From Candidatus Poribacteria bacterium (GTDB lineage Bacteria; Poribacteria; WGA-4E; PCPOR2b): 64,000 nt of DNA. Numbering within the stretch: the first letter of the stretch is position 1; the number at the start of each line of letters is the position of its first letter. The translations under genes and the position numbers were made by a program. Shown piece by piece: positions 30,812-41,666 of this stretch. The notes beneath the pieces were generated by a model. It worked only from the letters and a program-made list of their open reading frames with translations. It had not been told where the DNA came from and made no database searches. Location of the stretch: contig OZ240245.1 of assembly GCA_965198175.1 (NCBI GenBank), positions 4,736,001 to 4,800,000 of the forward strand, written 5' to 3'.

Positions 30812-31535
30812 GCGGTAAAAAGATATCCTAGATCGAAAAATAGAGCGCGAAAAAAAGAAGGTGAGTAATTGAGATGACGTTCGTAGTGCCCACCTACTAC
30901 GATTGGACTTTGGAAAGAATCCGCTAATGGTCAGCATCTAACCTTACAAAAAGTATGGAAATGAGTGAGACTTCATACACAACAACGTGATGGTGCACAG
31001 CAGTGTCGTCGTCATACCGTCTGCCAGGACATCACATCTTAGAAGTTAGACCCGTTGTCTTCCTTTCAATGCTGAGACTCTATTGACACGTTATGTGTTG
31101 TAATTCTGCAACAGTAGTCACAGCATCTCCAAATTAAACAAGGCGTTTCATTGGAAGCGCCATCATCTTCAAAAAAGATCCGCACAATAATATCATAAAC
31201 TGCTATGTTGTGCAAGGATGAAGTATGAGAAAAACCCAACCCAGCGTGGTAGTCTATCGTTGGTCAAGGCACATTGTAGTGATTAGATAAACGGAAGGGA
31301 AGATAGCGCATCTGGCGTCTCGGACCATATGCTACCTGTTCAACCCCTCCGCTTTCATGAATTTTACTGTGATTCGCCTGAACACTACCACATTTCGGAT
31401 GAAAAACAAGCACATCTTATGTTAAGATATTCAGCGACGGTTCATCTTGCCATGCAATTGTTGACAATCAGCTTGAGAGGCACTTTTATCGTTAGGTGCC
31501 ACATTTCCACAAGCCTACAGAAAGAGAAAATTTCA

Positions 31536-33416
31536 GTGTCTATCTTACAACTTTTCCGCTTCTATCTGTGTCCGTTTCTTACCTTTTTATTCGTTTCTGT
31601 AGCCTGCGCCGCAATTGAGATTGAATCTGTCGAACTAGGGTTTGGCGGTACCCACAAACGGGATCGATGGTCGCCGCTGCAAGTGATTGTCACGAGTCAA
31701 AACGAAGCCTTCAGTGGTGAAATCTACACTGATATCCACAACGCCTCGTCGGGCGAGTTGATTCAATCGTATTCCACTCCGATCGCCCTAACACGAACCG
31801 ATCGTCAACAACGAATATTCTACATCTTCTTGCCAGGAATTTCCACCAAACTGATACTGAAATTGATTGACCAGAAAGGACGAATTCAAACATCTCAAGA
31901 AATCTCCGCTGAATCTCCAAAGCAAACGACAGACCTCATCGCGCTTGCGCTGACACCAAGCCGTGATTTGTTGAGTCGCTGGGATGGAAAACAAATTGGT
32001 GAGAAGGAGGATGGGGATATTATTGTTACCTATGTTGGCAACCCGAAGTATCTGCCCACACATTGGAAAGGGTACGATTCCATCGATCTCTTTATTCTTC
32101 GTGGGCTTGCGTTATCCGAACGCCACATTTCTGAGCCTCAACAGACTGCGTTGCTCGATTGGATTCAGCGGGGTGGAACACTACTTACTGCGGGCGGGAG
32201 TAATTTCCATGCGCTTCGTGGAGGTTTTCTTGAACCATTCCTGCCTGTTGAACTTGCTGCATTCCAAACGAGGAAAAATCTACCTGAAGCCATGCAGAAA
32301 TTCGGTTTTACAGCAATGGATTTCGCCTTTGATCTCATTGATTTTAAGTGCCGGTCCGGTGGACAAGTCCTTATCGGGGACGAAGAGCGAATTTATGTCG
32401 CAAAAAAACGCTTGGGCAGCGGGAGTATCATATGCCTCGCATTTGATTACACGGCGCCCCCTTTTTCTGATTCGCCCGGAGCGGAAAATTTTTGGGAATG
32501 GTTTTTCAAGGAAGCGGGTAGATCTCCGCACCACATTGAGGAAGCGCACTATGGTGCCTATCGCAGGCACAACGAAAAAATCCAGGCTTTACTCACAACC
32601 CGTTCTTCGACCCGCGCTCCGTTAATCCTTTCGTTAGCAGGATTCCTAATCGTTTACCTACTGAGCCTCGGCGGAATAATATGGTTGACGGGACGCCGTC
32701 AGAATAAATCAAAGTTATACTGGATTGGCGGTGTGTTGCTTCCGGTGTTTTTCTCGTTCGCGGTAATCATTCCGCGAAACGTCGCGCCCGGTTGGGTAAC
32801 CCTCAACCGCTTGTCAATTTTATCCGTCTATGCTGAAAGAGAACGGGCACACTTGCAGAGTTATATCGGCATGATTGCCTCTACAAATTTAAACACGCCG
32901 ATTCAGTTTGGAGCGGAGACATTGATTAGACCACTAACCCCAACCGCTACACCTCCTTTGCAACTTATTGAGGCTAGAAACGATTTTCAACTCCATGACA
33001 CAAGCGTAGATGCGTGGGTAACGCAGACTTATCTTGCTGAGTCGTTCATAGATTTCGCTTCTCCCCGCATCCAGTGTAACGCTGGTTACATTCAGCATCA
33101 TTTGCGTGATGCGCTCGAAAACGCGTGGCTTATTGATAGAGGCAGTTACACTTACCTTGGATCAGTTCCTCCCAATACGGCTATAAAAATAAGGGAAAAA
33201 ACGACGCAGGAGAAGTGGTCATTCCCTCGAGAGTTGGTTGGAACGCGGCGGGAAGAATTTGCGAAAATTCTTGTGAGTGAAGGGTTACTACGTTATCTCG
33301 TACAGGAGGAGGGATCAAAACTGCTCGGTTGGTTGGAGGGATTGTCCTTGCCAATGTCGCTCAACAACCCTGTGAATGCTGTGGATAACACCTTCGTTAT
33401 TCTTCACATACAATGA
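31536..33416 (+). CDS. membrane protein with glutamine-amidotransferase-like periplasmic domain (usually an ABC-2 permease partner)
   Basis: Signal peptide; W.PL.V...F.GE; LP.HWKGYDSIDL...Q..ALLDWI.RGG.L; G.G.I; two TM helices. GTG 31536 start is inferred (ORF track start 31329). Confidence 0.55.
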   Translation: MSILQLFRFYLCPFLTFLFVSVACAAIEIESVELGFGGTHKRDRWSPLQVIVTSQNEAFSGEIYTDIHNASSGELIQSYSTPIALTRTDRQQRIFYIFLPGISTKLILKLIDQKGRIQTSQEISAESPKQTTDLIALALTPSRDLLSRWDGKQIGEKEDGDIIVTYVGNPKYLPTHWKGYDSIDLFILRGLALSERHISEPQQTALLDWIQRGGTLLTAGGSNFHALRGGFLEPFLPVELAAFQTRKNLPEAMQKFGFTAMDFAFDLIDFKCRSGGQVLIGDEERIYVAKKRLGSGSIICLAFDYTAPPFSDSPGAENFWEWFFKEAGRSPHHIEEAHYGAYRRHNEKIQALLTTRSSTRAPLILSLAGFLIVYLLSLGGIIWLTGRRQNKSKLYWIGGVLLPVFFSFAVIIPRNVAPGWVTLNRLSILSVYAERERAHLQSYIGMIASTNLNTPIQFGAETLIRPLTPTATPPLQLIEARNDFQLHDTSVDAWVTQTYLAESFIDFASPRIQCNAGYIQHHLRDALENAWLIDRGSYTYLGSVPPNTAIKIREKTTQEKWSFPRELVGTRREEFAKILVSEGLLRYLVQEEGSKLLGWLEGLSLPMSLNNPVNAVDNTFVILHIQ

Positions 33417-33543
33417 AACTCATGCCTCGCCCTTCAGGTCTTGGAACGTCAAGATAGGAAAATTCAACCTCAAATCGGTATAGTTTGGAACTAGCCGAAT
33501 CGGTGGATTGAAGCCCTCTTGCACCGATAGCGTAATGAACTGC

Positions 33544-34377
33544 TCATTGCTTAGGACGTTTCGGCGGAGTGGCTGACACACCTTCCAATCCTCCGCTGAC
33601 TCTGAGGACTTCACCGGTGATCCAGGAAGCCGCCGGACTACAAAGGAAGACGACGCCTTGTGCAATATCAGCTGGCTCTCCCCACCGCCCTAGCGGAATG
33701 GCGCTGCGAACACGTTCAATCATCTCATCCTCGGTGATGTTCAGGGTTTGGCAACGTTGCGCCATACCTCTCTGGTTAAACTCGGTGTAAACGGGGCCCG
33801 GACTCACCGCGTTAACCCGCACACCGTAAGCTGCTAGCTCCAGAGCCAGTGTCCGGGTCAGACTAATCACGCCTGCCTTTGCCGCGTTGTACGACCCAAC
33901 TAGCGCGGCTGGATTCTGGCCGTTGACGGACGCGATATTGACAATACACCCCGACTCCTGACGCTCCATGATCGCGCCGGCAGCACGGCAGCAGTAAAAG
34001 GTACCAGTTAATGTAACGTTCAACACCCGTTCCCACTCCTGATCGCTCAGTTCGACAATGGGAGTCACATTCTGGCCGACACCGGCATTATTGACCAGAA
34101 TGTCCAACCGCCCGTATTCGCCAGCCGCTTTCTCAAAGAACGTGGTCACGCCGGTACTGTCGGTAATGTCCAGATATGCCGCCTGTACCTTCAAGCCATA
34201 CTCTCGAAACTCGTCTGCCGTTGTCCGTGCCTTTTCTAATTGCAGGTCAGCGATAATCACCGTTGCACCGTTGCGAGCGAGCTGGTTGGCGATTGCCAAC
34301 CCCAAACCCTGAGCAGCACCAGTTACTACCGCAATTAACCCATCAAGGTTGTTCGAAGAAGTTGCATTGTTATTCAC
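33544..34377 (-). CDS. short-chain dehydrogenase/reductase
   Basis: TGAAQGLG, LVNNAG, YNAAKAG, VNAVSPG, ITGE. Confidence 0.93.
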   Translation of the reverse strand: MNNNATSSNNLDGLIAVVTGAAQGLGLAIANQLARNGATVIIADLQLEKARTTADEFREYGLKVQAAYLDITDSTGVTTFFEKAAGEYGRLDILVNNAGVGQNVTPIVELSDQEWERVLNVTLTGTFYCCRAAGAIMERQESGCIVNIASVNGQNPAALVGSYNAAKAGVISLTRTLALELAAYGVRVNAVSPGPVYTEFNQRGMAQRCQTLNITEDEMIERVRSAIPLGRWGEPADIAQGVVFLCSPAASWITGEVLRVSGGLEGVSATPPKRPKQ

Positions 34378-34449
34378 ATCATATTCCCACGTTTAGAATT
34401 TCACCCTGCTGTTGCTAGCACCGTGTTCATCTATAGGAATTCGCGGTGT

Positions 34450-35610
34450 TTACAGGTTCACCCACGTCGAACCGTTATTGCAGGATTCCACGGTCTTATA
34501 GATGAACTCCATTCCACGTAAACCGTCATAAACAGTGGGGAAATTATATTTCTCAGTCTTCATCGGATTGCCATCAATGTACCGCTGGATTGCCTCAGCA
34601 ACCCCAACGTAAATAGTAGCGAATCCCTCCAGATACCCTTCCGGATGACCGGGTGGGATGCGTGTGCATGCGGCTGCTGATTCAGAGAGATAGCCTTGGC
34701 CACGCCCCAGCGTCTGTCTCGGCTCGCCATAACGATAGAGTTCAAGATAGTTCGGATTCTCATGAGCCCACTTAACGGCTCCCTCGGAGGCGTAGACGCG
34801 AAGAATCAGCCCATTCTCTTCCCCAGTAGCAACTTGACTGACTGTCAATACGCCCTTTCCTCCACCTTTGAAACGAAGTAGCGCGTTGACATCTTCATCA
34901 AGCGTCCGATCCGGAAGAAATGTGCTTTTATCCGCACACAATTCAATTATCGAATCGCCAGTAACATATTCGACCAAATTCACAGAGTGAGTGCCTATAT
35001 CGCCCATAGTTCCACCGATTCCCGATTGTGCAGGGTCAACTCGCCAGGCGGCCTGTTTCTGACCCAGTTTCTCGTGTGGAACCATGAGAAAGTCCTGAAA
35101 GTATTCGACAACCACCTTGCGGACTGTGCCCATTTCGCCGGAACGAAATAGATGGCGCGCGTGTCTTACAAGCGGGTGGCCCGTATAGTTGTAAGTTACC
35201 GCAAACACAAGCCCCGACTTCTCAACAAGATCGACGAGCGATTTCGCTTCATTGAGCGTGTAGGTCATCGGCTTATCGCAGATGATGTGAAACCCGGCGT
35301 CAAGGAATGCTCTTGCGATAGGGAAGTGGGAGACATTCGGCGTCACGATGCTGACGAAGTCGATTCGCTGATCGTCGGGAAGTTTGGCTTCAGCAGCCGC
35401 CATCTCTTCATAGGTCGCATAGCAACGCGCAGGAGAAAGGTGGAGTTGTTCGCCGGTAATCCGGGTGTTTTCAGAATCCCGCGAGAAGCAGCCGGCAACA
35501 AGTCCAATTTGCTGATCGAGTGCGGCTGCGATACGGTGCACACCACCGATAAAGGCGCCCTGACCTCCGCCAATCATTCCCATTCGTAATTTGCGTCCCC
35601 AAGAACTCAT
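34450..35610 (-). CDS. Gfo/Idh/MocA family oxidoreductase
   Basis: GMIGGGQGAFIG.VHR, IVTPN..H, CDKP, GDIGTH, GHPEGYLEGFA.IY. Confidence 0.93.
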   Translation of the reverse strand: MSSWGRKLRMGMIGGGQGAFIGGVHRIAAALDQQIGLVAGCFSRDSENTRITGEQLHLSPARCYATYEEMAAAEAKLPDDQRIDFVSIVTPNVSHFPIARAFLDAGFHIICDKPMTYTLNEAKSLVDLVEKSGLVFAVTYNYTGHPLVRHARHLFRSGEMGTVRKVVVEYFQDFLMVPHEKLGQKQAAWRVDPAQSGIGGTMGDIGTHSVNLVEYVTGDSIIELCADKSTFLPDRTLDEDVNALLRFKGGGKGVLTVSQVATGEENGLILRVYASEGAVKWAHENPNYLELYRYGEPRQTLGRGQGYLSESAAACTRIPPGHPEGYLEGFATIYVGVAEAIQRYIDGNPMKTEKYNFPTVYDGLRGMEFIYKTVESCNNGSTWVNL

Positions 35611-35679
35611 AACAATCTATTCTCCTCTTGAATTTCGGTACACCCATTTGAGCAAACTCAAAAGATATTTCCTGTGTGC

Positions 35680-35708
35680 AGTATATCACAAGTAGAACTC
35701 TTTGTCAA
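35680..35708 (-). promoter_or_regulatory. sigma70-type promoter for the Gfo/Idh/MocA-SDR genes
   Basis: Minus strand TTGACA-17 nt-TATACT. Confidence 0.62.
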
Positions 35709-36281
35709 TGCGGTGCTTCAGTACCGCCGGATGTCATTTGGTCTATCGTTCATCAGTTGCAATGTCGTGTTATGCGGATAATGTCTATGAAAGCGGAGAT
35801 TTACGCTCAAGCGGTACCCCGACGAAATTCCCGCGTTTGCGGGAAGGACCGGTTAGTACGTAGCTACACGGCGTAAGTTGACGCAGCATTCCTACGACTT
35901 TTGCTTGAATCCTTTTCAGGAGAATTGTAAAATTCGCACATCCACATCGCTTAACGAAGACAAATTCTGGATCGAAAATTCCCAATGGACCGACAAAGGG
36001 AGGGTTATTTTCTACGCGTAATGGTAAGTCGTGAACATGTTGACGGCAAACTCGTTATAAGCAACGACTATCTATCTCTTGATATCTTTCTTTTAGGGAA
36101 ATCTTACGGCAGAGCTAAAAGTACGTGTGTCCCGAGCATTACACCGTCGTTGCACCGCATCTCAACATAACAATCAACAGACAAAACACCTTGATTAAGT
36201 GGTAAGTTTATGCGATAATTGCTTGTAGAGGCGGATCTCATACATACTCTATTCACGGCCCACTGACCGCTGGTTTCTCAG

Positions 36282-38140
36282 ATGGGAAAACAGATGAATC
36301 CTACAAAATCACTGCTGAGTTATATAACAGCGATTCTCGTGCTCGGCACGGTTGTGGCAACCGCCCAAACGCCACAGCAGATTGCCAAGAAAGCCTTGGA
36401 CGCCACGGTGCTTTTAGTGATGGAAGATGCCGACGGTCAGCCGCTTGGATTGGGGAGCGGATTCTTCGTCCGCAAAGGGTTAGTGGCAACTAACCTCCAC
36501 GTCATTGAAGACGCCGCAAAAGGCTACGCAAAAAGCGTTGGTCAAGAAACAAGGTACGACATCGAAGGCATGACAGCAACGGATGACGACAACGACCTTG
36601 CCATACTGAAGGTCACGGTTTTGGATGTACCCGTGCTGCCCTTGGGTGACAGCGATGCCGTTCAGGTTGGTGAAGCGGTTTACGTCGTGGGAAACCCGCG
36701 GGGATTGGACGGTACATTCTCGCAGGGGGTCATCAGTAGTATCCGAGCGGTTAAAACGCACAAGCGTCTCCAGTTCACGGCCCCGATTTCTCCGGGCAGC
36801 AGCGGCCCCGTCCTAAACGAAGCAGGCGAAGTGATAGGAGTTACGGTAGCGACCTTCCGCGGTGGGCAGAATCTCAATTTCGCCATTCCTTCAAATTATC
36901 TCAATGCACTCATCGCGAGGTCGGAGGAAACCAAACCGTTATCGCACGGTAAACCTTCGATATCTACGGAGACCTATTTTCGACGGGGCAACATGAAGTA
37001 CGATCTCGGTCTATATCAGTCCGCCATTTCAGACTACGACACTGCCATCCGTCTCAAGCCTGATTTTGCCCATGCCTACTTCAATCGGGGCCGTGCAAAG
37101 AGCGAACTCGGACAACACACCACCGCTATTGCAGACTACGACGCCGTTATACAACTCAAACCTGATGATGCCAAAGCCTACTACAGTCGGGGCAATGCTA
37201 AAGCAAGTTAGGACAACACGACGCCGCTATCAGAGACTATGACACCTTTATACGATTGGAACCTGATGATGCCAAAGCCTACGGCAATCGGGGCAATGCT
37301 AAGAGCAAGTTAGGACAACACGACGCCGCTATCAGAGACTATAACACCGTTATACGATTGGAACCAAATGATGCCAAAGCCTACTTCAATCGGGGCCGTG
37401 CAAAGAGTAAGTTAGGACAACACGACGCCGCTATCACTGACTACGACACTGCCATCCGTCTCAAGCCTGATTTTGCCTATGCCTACTTCAATCGGGGCCG
37501 TGCTAAGAGCGAACTCGGACAACACACCACCGCTATTGCAGACTACAACGCCGTTATACAACTCAAACCTGATGATGCCAAAGCCTACTACAGTCGGGGC
37601 CGTGCTAAGAGCAAGTTAGGACAACATGACGCTGCTATCAGAGACTATGACACCCTTATACGATTGGAACCTGATGATGCCAAAGCCTACGGCAATCGGG
37701 GCAATGCTAAGAGCAAGTTAGGACAACACGACGCCGCTATCAGAGACTATAACACCGTTATACGATTGGAACCAAATGATGCCAAAGCCTACTTCAATCG
37801 GGGCCGTGCAAAGAGTAAGTTAGGACAACACGACGCCGCTATCAGAGACTATGACACCTTTATACGACTCAAACCCGATTTTGCCCATGCCTATTTCCTT
37901 CGAGGCGTATCGAAAGGGAAGGTAGGACAGATCGCCGCCGCCATAATCGACTTTGACACCACGCTCCGTCTCAAACCCAATTATACCGACGCCTACTTCA
38001 ATCGGGGCGTTGCCAAGGTCAAGCTGAGACAGCACGACGCCGCCATCGTAGACTTAAGCACCGCCCTGAACCTCGCGGAAAAAGCGGGTGATACAGAGTA
38101 CAGCAATCGTATACGGAAAATGCTGCGAGCGTTAAGGTAG
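36282..38140 (+). pseudogene. trypsin-like (S1C) serine protease + 11 TPR repeats, split by a 1-bp frameshift at ~37202
   Basis: GSGFF, TNLHVI, DLAIL, SPGSSG, GQNLNFAIP, then TPRs. The sequence reads GCTAAAGCAAG at ~37197-37207 where sister repeats read GCTAAGAGCAAG. Confidence 0.8.
37065..37890 (+). repeat. tandem 102-bp TPR-coding repeats with a higher-order ~408-bp duplication
   Basis: AGCGAACTCGGACAACACACCACCG occurs at 37101 and 37508, a spacing of 407 (4x102 minus the deleted base). Confidence 0.9.
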
Positions 38141-38245
38141 AGACGCCCATCGCGTTGACGAGGCTACACCCAGTCTGCCATTTCACTGCATTGGACATCT
38201 AATGAATCAATCGGGCCGGATCGGCGGGTCATGTGGAGGCATAGT

Positions 38246-38899
38246 TTACATGACGAATCCCCCAACGAAAATGTTGTTCGCCGGCTCACTACGATTCCAC
38301 GTTACAGCGAGAATCGTATCCTTATAACGGTAGAGATTGGATTTGCCAACAACGGCGGTGTCAATCGTTTCAAGGGGCTTGTACCAGACCTCATGCGGCT
38401 GGGTGCAATATTCGCAAGGATTGCGCAATGCGGATAGGAACAGCACTTCGCCAACACGAAGTTCATATTCCATATCCTGTTTGGTGAATTCGATGGGCTC
38501 AATTTGCGTGCCGACAATCTCTCCCACAACCGCACTGCGTTTGGTTTTTATCAGATCGACCAGCGCAGCACGCTGTTCTAACGTCGCCTTAGTATCTAAA
38601 TATAATACGCTTCGTCGGCTTTCGGTATCGACTTCGAGGTTGCTTTTCGCAGTCACAACGGCAACAACGGTTAAATTATCGAGTGAGACACCGTTCCACT
38701 CGCCTTGGTGGATATTCCAAACAAGCGTTGCCTCTCTCCCACCTTCGACAAACTCAGACTGAGCGTGACACGCCCCGACGTAGACGCTGACGGAACGCGC
38801 TTCCAGATAATCGCCTCGCACGGTTGTCGTTTGCGTTGCAAACGCACTTGTAACCGTAAACAGAATCGCAACTGCGGTTAAGGTCCAAAACTTCTTCAT
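38246..38899 (-). CDS. DUF1326 family secreted protein
   Basis: Signal peptide; GDYLEARS.SVY.GAC.A.SE...GREA.L.W.I..G...GV.L..L.VVA. Confidence 0.7.
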   Translation of the reverse strand: MKKFWTLTAVAILFTVTSAFATQTTTVRGDYLEARSVSVYVGACHAQSEFVEGGREATLVWNIHQGEWNGVSLDNLTVVAVVTAKSNLEVDTESRRSVLYLDTKATLEQRAALVDLIKTKRSAVVGEIVGTQIEPIEFTKQDMEYELRVGEVLFLSALRNPCEYCTQPHEVWYKPLETIDTAVVGKSNLYRYKDTILAVTWNRSEPANNIFVGGFVM

Positions 38900-39074
38900 T
38901 GAGTTTTCCTCCTGATTTTTGAGGTGTTAATGCTGAATCTTTGCACCCTTGAAAACGCCAAGTTCTATAACGAAACAACTCGTGACGATGATAATTATAC
39001 CCGATTCATCGTAAAAAGTCAAAATTGTGAAATACGACGCCCATCCATAACGCGCCGACTGTTTAGGAATCAGC

Positions 39075-39103
39075 TTGACAAGGTTAGGAGCGTGCAATAT
39101 ACT
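39075..39103 (+). promoter_or_regulatory. sigma70-type promoter upstream of methyltransferase
   Basis: TTGACA-17 nt-TATACT. Confidence 0.62.
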
Positions 39104-39159
39104 AATCGAAATACTCAGAACATCTTCCGCATAGCCCCGCTGACCAATCCTTATCTCTC

Positions 39160-39933
39160 ATGTCGCCCCAAAAGTTCCCTCCATCAGACCGCATCTCCCG
39201 AATCAAAAGTCGATTGCGTCAATCTCGCCTTCTATCGATTTTCATGGGATGTCCGTACCCCGCGCCGCGTTGGGAGAAAGCCGTGAAAGGAATTATCCGC
39301 CAAGTCGGACCTGACGCAAAAATCCTCGATCTCGGCTCTGGCATGGATCGGCGTGCGCCCAACGTGATCAATCTTGAAATCGAAGCGACGCCTCATGTTG
39401 ACCTCATGGCTGACGGACATTTCTTACCATTCAAGAATCAGGTCTTCGATGTGGTGATTACCGAAGCGGTGCTTGAGCATGTCCGGGAACCCAAACAAGT
39501 GGTCGCCGAAATCTATCGGACGCTCAAAGATGGCGGATATGTGTGCGCTGGAGTGCCGTTCTTGCAAGCATTTCACGCTTCCCCGCACGATTACCAGCGA
39601 TATACGGTGCCCGGTTTTGACTACCTGTTCAGGGCATTTACGAAGATTGAAGGGGGCGACTGCGCGGGTCCAACTGCGTCGCTACATTGGATTTTTCGAG
39701 AATATGTCGGTCTTGCCTTCTCCTTCGGGAACTTGCTGTTAGCGAAACTGATTTCGCTGATTGTGGGCTGGTTGACGTTCCCGGTAGTGTGGCTGGACTA
39801 TCTATTGATGCGCAATAAACATTCGCATATTTTGGCGTCGGCGGTGTACTTTGTTGGACAAAAGCCGACTTTTCCCCAAACCGATTGTGCAATAAACCGG
39901 AGCACTGCTGAAGTCTCACCGAATACCAAATGA
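39160..39933 (+). CDS. class I SAM-dependent methyltransferase (type 11)
   Basis: ILDLGSG, LPF....FD.V...AVLEHV, H..P.DY.RYT..G. Confidence 0.88.
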   Translation: MSPQKFPPSDRISRIKSRLRQSRLLSIFMGCPYPAPRWEKAVKGIIRQVGPDAKILDLGSGMDRRAPNVINLEIEATPHVDLMADGHFLPFKNQVFDVVITEAVLEHVREPKQVVAEIYRTLKDGGYVCAGVPFLQAFHASPHDYQRYTVPGFDYLFRAFTKIEGGDCAGPTASLHWIFREYVGLAFSFGNLLLAKLISLIVGWLTFPVVWLDYLLMRNKHSHILASAVYFVGQKPTFPQTDCAINRSTAEVSPNTK

Positions 39934-40069
39934 GATGCGTCGGCTCCACGCCCCACCATCCAACCGAACGCTAGTAACCGTTATCGCTGACGGGCAGAGG
40001 GGAACGATAGAAGGCGTCCGCGGATTGCATCGAACGCCTTATCTGATAGAGGTGTTCGGAAAACGACAA

Positions 40070-41437
40070 TCAACGACGCTTTTCATCCATCACCTTCGAG
40101 ATGGTAAACGCCATTTTTCCAGACAGCGGTTGAGGGATTTTCTCGACAAAATCGGTTTCAACTTGCACATCTGCCCCAAGCGCCTCTTTGATTTTGCGTA
40201 CAATCCATCCGAGCGTATCATCTGTAAATGCGTCGTCTACCACAAGTTTCAGCCTACACAAATCGTAACTTTCTTGGATTAATTGAAACTGACTTACCGT
40301 TTTGATCCCGTAAAACTGTTGGGTAAAGTACCCACCGTGTATCCACCGCCCGTCTTTGCTGCGGAACACCGCCGTCGTCCTCCCCATTAAATCTCCTAGA
40401 ATTGGGGTACGATTCCCACACGGACAAACCTCGTCGGACAGCACACCTACATCGCCGATTCGGTAGCGTATAAACGGCATACCGTAGTTGTTCAGTTGGG
40501 TGATGACAATTTCGCCGGGTTGTGTATAAGGTTCATCGCTATCGATTTCGAGGTAAAGGTCATTGCAGTTGATATGCATCCGTCCAGCGTTGCATTCCAT
40601 AGCGATGAGCCCAACTTCCCGACTCCCATAGCGGTTATAGACTTGTGTTCGGAAAACCTGTTCGGCAAGTTTTCGGTAGTGTGGATACAACATCTCTGCG
40701 GAGGAGATGATGCCATTAAGCCCCCAATCGGGAGTGAGTCCGTTTTGATGTAGACATTGTGCAAATCGATAGAGCGACGATGAATACGCGAGAATCGTTT
40801 GAGGACGCCACCTCCCCAGCTTCTTGGAGAGATTAACCATCTTCTCTTCGGTCATGTTGAACCCGTTAAACCACCAGTGATTTCTCCAGTAACTATTTAG
40901 TTGCTCCTTCGCACCGCTCGCTTTTGAGCGATTCGCGGGCAGTCCCCAAATAATCAGTTGCCGCTCTCCGAAATCCCAACCTGCCCATCGATCAAAGTAG
41001 TAGACGCTCAGATTACGCTTATTCCAATATCCCCTATCCTGATAGAAGACTAACGGGGTGCCCGATGATCCGCCTGTGGCGCTCTGCTTGAGCTGATTAT
41101 TTGAGAATGCCGTGGAGATAAGATCGCCTAGCCGCATGCGAACAATTGATTTCTCCAATGTGGGAATCTGTAGGAAATCTGACGGAAGTTGAATGGCTTC
41201 GGGTCTGATTCTCAGCGAGTCAAATAAGGCGCGATAATACGTCGTCGTTTCATACGCATGCTTGAGCACCCTTCTGACGCGCTTCCACTGAAATTGGACG
41301 ATTGCCTCACGGCTGCCGTTCAATCGTGCCTCTACTTCGGCGAAGTGTTGTCGAAAATGCACACCTTGGCGGTAAGCGTTATACGCACACCACGCTGATT
41401 TTGAGAAAGTCGTTTTGGCACTCCGAAAGATTGACAT
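40070..41437 (-). CDS. phenylacetate-CoA ligase family / CapK-like adenylating enzyme
   Basis: TGGSSGTP, YGSREVG.IA.EC, MPFIRYRIGD, C.CG, GR, SGK. Confidence 0.88.
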   Translation of the reverse strand: MSIFRSAKTTFSKSAWCAYNAYRQGVHFRQHFAEVEARLNGSREAIVQFQWKRVRRVLKHAYETTTYYRALFDSLRIRPEAIQLPSDFLQIPTLEKSIVRMRLGDLISTAFSNNQLKQSATGGSSGTPLVFYQDRGYWNKRNLSVYYFDRWAGWDFGERQLIIWGLPANRSKASGAKEQLNSYWRNHWWFNGFNMTEEKMVNLSKKLGRWRPQTILAYSSSLYRFAQCLHQNGLTPDWGLNGIISSAEMLYPHYRKLAEQVFRTQVYNRYGSREVGLIAMECNAGRMHINCNDLYLEIDSDEPYTQPGEIVITQLNNYGMPFIRYRIGDVGVLSDEVCPCGNRTPILGDLMGRTTAVFRSKDGRWIHGGYFTQQFYGIKTVSQFQLIQESYDLCRLKLVVDDAFTDDTLGWIVRKIKEALGADVQVETDFVEKIPQPLSGKMAFTISKVMDEKRR

Positions 41438-41666
41438 ACCGAGAGAATTTCAGACGAATCTCCTTTATCTTGTTGATGACCCCTTCTTTCGGCGAACTCG
41501 GTCAAGTCGTCGGGCTGCCGGTGTCTCCGCCGAAGGGTATTGGCATCACTCTTCTATGCAGCCACAACCTTCCACGTACATGTCAAAAGATGTCGGGCGA
41601 ATGCAGCGCAAGACGATAAATTGGGGTCACAGAAACCCTTGTGCCGATGCTATGAACCTCTAATAC

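Noticed and set aside
35827..35845. Palindrome TTCCCGCGTTTGCGGGAA
   Set aside because: A single short copy in the window, so neither a repeat family nor a function can be supported.
37065..37890. TPR and LRR tandem repeats (also 51190-51720) as CRISPR arrays or DGR template/variable repeats
   Set aside because: The units are in-frame coding repeats with no unique spacers. There is no cas or reverse transcriptase gene, and no clear adenine-specific variation.
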